Part shown: one piece after another, positions 7,670-10,882 of the stretch
Layout: each line of letters starts with the position of its first letter
Numbering within the stretch: position 1 is the stretch's first letter
Source: Octopus sinensis
Lineage: Eukaryota
Length of the DNA: 10,882 bases
Assembly: GCF_006345805.1 (NCBI RefSeq)
Contig: NW_021827270.1
Span: forward strand, 1-10,882
Direction of reading: 5' to 3'
Program-made: the position numbers and the translations under genes
Notes under the pieces: model-generated
Databases searched by the model: none
The model's input: only the letters and a program-made list of their open reading frames with translations
What the model was told of the DNA's origin: nothing

Positions 7670-8126
7670 ATGTGTGCGGAGTTATGGCTGCTGAGGAGAA
7701 TAAGGGCAAGATGGAAGGAGTTTAGCTTGATAAAGGATGTGCCCCAAACAAAGACAGACAATACCATTGGTGCCAGACTCTTCCACAGTTCCATCCTACC
7801 TGTGATTTTATATGCAAGTGATCAGCGACGGCGCCAACGGCCATGTAAAGATCCATGCTTGCCATAAAGTTAAGAGAGAACATTCGAAATGAAATAATTC
7901 AAGGGTGGATCAGAGTGAGCGATATGATGGCGGAGTGGGGAAAGGACAAGTTTCTCTGGATCGGACACGTGCAGTGGCCAAGTGGTGTCTAATAGTTCGG
8001 AAAAGGCTGCATGGAAGATCTAAACGGCGATAGGAAAACGGTTTAGTCAAGCAATTTGGGTCAACATAAAAAAGAATGGCACAATCAAGACAGAACTTGA
8101 AGCGCAATATGATCAGCCGTGTTTAA
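7670..8126 (+). mobile_element. RTE-clade LINE, decayed 3' ORF fragment (post-RT C-terminal region)
   Basis: Three frameshifted blocks match RTE C-terminal motifs: LRRIRARWKEFSLIKDV...ARLFHSSILPVILYAS (7670-7820), IKLRENIRNEII...DKFLWIGHV (from 7864), and RKRLHGRSKRR*ENGLVKQFGST*KRMAQSR (from 7998). Compare the RTE pattern RRIxAxW..F, LFxSxILPxLLYxSETW, IRNExIR, RWAGHV, KRxxGRPxxRWxD, TWxxxAxxR. Confidence 0.85.
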
Positions 8127-8298
8127 CAACTTGTGACAGTCTGGCCGATACTGTCATACTGAGATATAACAAATATACACACACACGCGCACACATACAT
8201 ATACGTTAATGTTGAACGACGAGAATGAGTGCACAACACCGCATTGATGGATAGAATTACTTTATTTGTGTATTAAGGCTACCATTGGTTTCATGTTG

Positions 8299-8435
8299 AG
8301 AAAAGTATCTTAATATCTTAACAATTTTCTCAAGCCGATCAGATGGTGGAATGGTGTTCGTCTCCCAAATGGAGACGAACACCATTCCTCCATGTGATCG
8401 GCTTGAAAAATTGTTAAAATATTAAGATATTTTCT
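8299..8435. repeat. Long near-perfect inverted repeat (hairpin; possible palindromic MITE)
   Basis: Arms 8299-8365 and 8371-8435 around a 5-nt loop (caaat). Arm comparison gives 3 substitutions and 2 single-base indels. Confidence 0.92.
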
Positions 8436-8437
8436 TC

Positions 8438-8536
8438 ATACATACATACATACACACTCTTACACACACACACACACACGCTCACACACATATATATGTA
8501 TGTATGTATATATATATATATATATATATACACACA

Positions 8537-8625
<89 letters not shown>
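8438..8625. repeat. (CA)n/(TA)n microsatellite
   Basis: Direct inspection. Confidence 0.95.
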
Positions 8626-8628
<3 letters not shown>

Positions 8629-8832
8629 TATGCATGTATGAATGTATGTCTAAAACAAGAATTAGGATTTGAGGTATCAAACAGTTTGTATTAAGCTCTT
8701 CACCTGGTGCATGGCTATCAAGAAAGACCGTGATTAATAAGACAAGGATGTAATCTCAGGGCCGTTTTGAATGTCTGGAATCACAATGGTGGAAGAGTAT
8801 GGTATAAAAATTGATCAGATAAGAGAAGTGAA

Positions 8833-8968
8833 GCGACAGGCTTCTTCCAGTTTCCGTCAATCAAATCCACTCAGAAGTTTTTGCCGCCCCGAGATAATAT
8901 TTGAAGACGTTCACCCCAGGGATTGAACCTGAAGCCATTTGGGGAAGCAAACAGCACATTTGTGCCTT
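8833..8968 (-). mobile_element. SINE family A, diverged 5' fragment
   Basis: gcgacaggcttcttccagtttccgtcaatcaaatccactcagaag...gaagac..ccccagg.gattgaacc aligns to 10071-10190. Confidence 0.7.
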
Positions 8969-8978
8969 TATATATATT

Positions 8979-9459
8979 TAGTAACCCATCGCCATATCAC
9001 GGTTCATATATCACGCACTCAGTAGATCACAGATTTTTCTGGCAAATATATGTAAATTTATATCGCGGACTCCTGAGTATATCGCGGGTTTCTGCGGCCG
9101 ATCGATATTCATATATTTTTAAATTTTAATTATTTCTGTGGTAAAATAAGCATTTTCACGCCCAAAAAATTAATAAATAAAAATACAGTACAGTACCGCA
9201 CTGTATAACAAACTAATTAAAATATCTGAAAAGAAAATTCATAAAGTACCGTAGACGAGTATACAAAGAATCGTACATAGTGTATGGAAAACAAAACTTG
9301 GGAGGCGAGTGTGTGGTGTTGTTTTGCATTTATAATAAAAATAAAATAAATATATACAAATTATAAAATAATAATAAAAAATATATACAGTACAATACTG
9401 TTTCTACTTCGCGGATTTTCACCGGGGGGGGGGGTTGGAACGTAGTCGAGGGATTACTG
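8979..9459. mobile_element. pogo/Tigger-like (Tc1-mariner superfamily) non-autonomous DNA element
   Basis: Right end CGAGGGATTACTG followed by TA (9447-9461). Left end tAGTAAcCCaTCG (8979-8991) matches the reverse complement of the right end at 10 of 14 positions. Subterminal ATATCRCGG / TTCGCGG repeats at ~8996, 9060, 9078 and 9409, AT-rich interior. CAGTAATCCCTCG-type ends with a TA target are typical of Tigger-like elements. Left TA is not clean. Confidence 0.7.
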
Positions 9460-9619
9460 TATATAATGCGACGATGGCTCAGCCGACCGAAACTTCGAAG
9501 TCCCTATCAGTGCTGTTCTTGCTTACAGAATAATAAATTTGCGCACTGCGAAAGTACAGAGTAACCCTTCAGATTAATGCAAAAGCGTTTTTGTTATAAC
9601 TGCACATAAAAAACAAACG

Positions 9620-9809
9620 TTCATACATACACACATACATTCGTGCATACATACATAAATACATACATATACATACGTACAAACATAAATACATACATGT
9701 ACATACGTACATACATATATACATACAAATACATATATATATACCTATATATACATACATACATACATATACATACATACCTACCTACCTACCTACCTAC
9801 ATACATACA

Positions 9810-9845
<36 letters not shown>

Positions 9846-9848
9846 TAT
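9620..9848. repeat. (TACA)n/(TACC)n/(TA)n microsatellite abutting the SINE 3' end
   Basis: Direct inspection. Confidence 0.95.
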
Positions 9849-9850
9849 TA

Positions 9851-10234
9851 TTTTACTTGTTTCAGTCATTTGACTGCGGCCCTGCTGGAGCACCGCCTTT
9901 AGTCGAGCAAATCGACCCCAGGACCTATTCTTTGTAAACCTAGTACTTATTCTATCGGTTTCCATTACCGAACCGCTAAGTTACGGGGACGAAACACACC
10001 AGCATCGGTTGTCAAGCGATGTTGGGGGGAGGGGGCACAGACACACAAACACATACGCATTCATATATATACGACGGTCTTCTTTCAGTTTCCGTCTCCC
10101 AAATCCACTCACAAGGCTTTGGTTGGCCCGTGGCTATAGTAGAAGATACTTGCCCAAGGTACCACGCAGTGGAACTGAAACCGGAACCATGTGGTTGGTA
10201 AGCAAGCTACTTACTACACAGCCACTCCTGCACC
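9851..10234 (-). mobile_element. tRNA-derived SINE family A, essentially full-length copy
   Basis: Minus strand begins aggtgcaggagTGGCTGTGTAG (A box, 10224-10214), then GGTTTCAGTTCC (degenerate B box, 10182-10171), then accttgggcaagt (a post-tRNA motif also seen in MIR/CORE-type SINEs). Short internal TA/TG tract, A-rich 3' end. Three other copies occur in the window. Confidence 0.93.
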
Positions 10235-10235
10235 T

Positions 10236-10240
10236 ATATG

Positions 10241-10288
<48 letters not shown>

Positions 10289-10293
10289 ATATA

Positions 10294-10336
<43 letters not shown>

Positions 10337-10343
10337 AACATAC
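10236..10343. repeat. (TA)n microsatellite
   Basis: Direct inspection. Confidence 0.95.
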
Positions 10344-10694
10344 ATACCTATAATTATCGGGGCCCTGGGAAATGTAACACACTACCTAATTACCAGTCTT
10401 GAGAAATTAGGTTTCTCAAAACCAGAAACGAGAAAGCTAATTCGAAGACTACAGATCTAATCCATCACGGGAACTGTAAAAATCTGTAAAACTTTCCAGA
10501 AGTTTATCATTTAAATATATATGTGAGCATGTCTAGATATGCAGCTATATGCACGAGAATACATACATAAAGCAAAACATACAGCTCTACATATATACAT
10601 ACAAACAAAAATACCCTGTGATGGAGCCTTGGATCTAGGTTCGAAACCGGCTCTTTCTCTACTGGCAAGAAATCTTGAAATAAAACTGAATAAT
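10344..10694 (+). mobile_element. RLE-type non-LTR retrotransposon 3' end (R4/Dong-like), 5'-truncated and inactive
   Basis: 10344-10514 translates to IPIIIGALGNVTHYLITSLEKLGFSKPETRKLIRRLQI*SITGTVKICKTFQKFII*. This matches the C-terminal PIVIGALG...L..LG...LQ...GT..I pattern after the restriction-like endonuclease; premature TAA at 10458. A putative 3' UTR ends gaaataaaactgaataat. The ORF track missed it because of the stop. Confidence 0.8.
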
Positions 10695-10697
10695 CAC

Positions 10698-10748
10698 TCA
10701 CACACACAGACACACACACCACACACACACACACCACACACACACACC
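10698..10748. repeat. (CA)n microsatellite
   Basis: Direct inspection. Confidence 0.9.
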
Positions 10749-10882
10749 ATGCGCATACGTACACAGACAGCAGCGGCACCATCAACACCACCGTCGCCGC
10801 CGCCGCCCCCGTCACAGTCAAACACCTCTCTGTCCACACCTCATTGATCCACGTGCCACGATAATGACGAAACAACACCGGC

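Noticed and set aside
8700-8730. Third copy of the 1251-1680 duplication (tggtgcatggct)
   Set aside because: Only about 12-20 bp of similarity and the flanks do not align.
10140-10234. tRNA gene in the SINE heads (also 6080-6170)
   Set aside because: A/B boxes are present but I cannot fold a cloverleaf, and the sequence continues into SINE bodies found in multiple copies.
10622-10648. Perfect B-box GGTTCGAAACC at 10638-10648 suggesting a Pol III gene
   Set aside because: The upstream A-box match is poor and too close, there is no tRNA fold, and it lies in the putative LINE 3' UTR.

Overview
This is AT-rich eukaryotic (animal) genomic DNA, mostly intronic or intergenic. It is dominated by microsatellites and decayed transposable elements; no prokaryotic operon, CRISPR array or rRNA/tRNA gene is visible. 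The tRNA-derived SINE families and very dense (TACA)n/(CA)n/(TA)n arrays look to me like an octopus genome (from recall, not a database hit). The mobile content is four minus-strand copies of one tRNA-headed SINE (one essentially full length, 9851-10234), one plus-strand copy of a second SINE, a dead RTE-clade LINE 3' fragment, a dead RLE-type (R4/Dong-like) LINE 3' end and a pogo/Tigger-like non-autonomous DNA element. The first ~700 bp look like a promoter and first exon (ETS and YY1-type motifs, a hydrophobic ORF ending exactly at a GTGAGT donor), but I cannot name the gene. The best unexplained structures are a 137-bp near-perfect hairpin (8299-8435), a ~550-bp block packed with TTGAGTG/CACTCAA motifs and palindromes (3660-4210), a degenerate 45-47-bp minisatellite with a YY1-type core (2810-2960), and a diverged tandem duplication that may be a dead exon pair (1251-1680). 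I cannot demonstrate a new biological system here; the findings are leads. Most ORFs in the supplied track are microsatellite artefacts.
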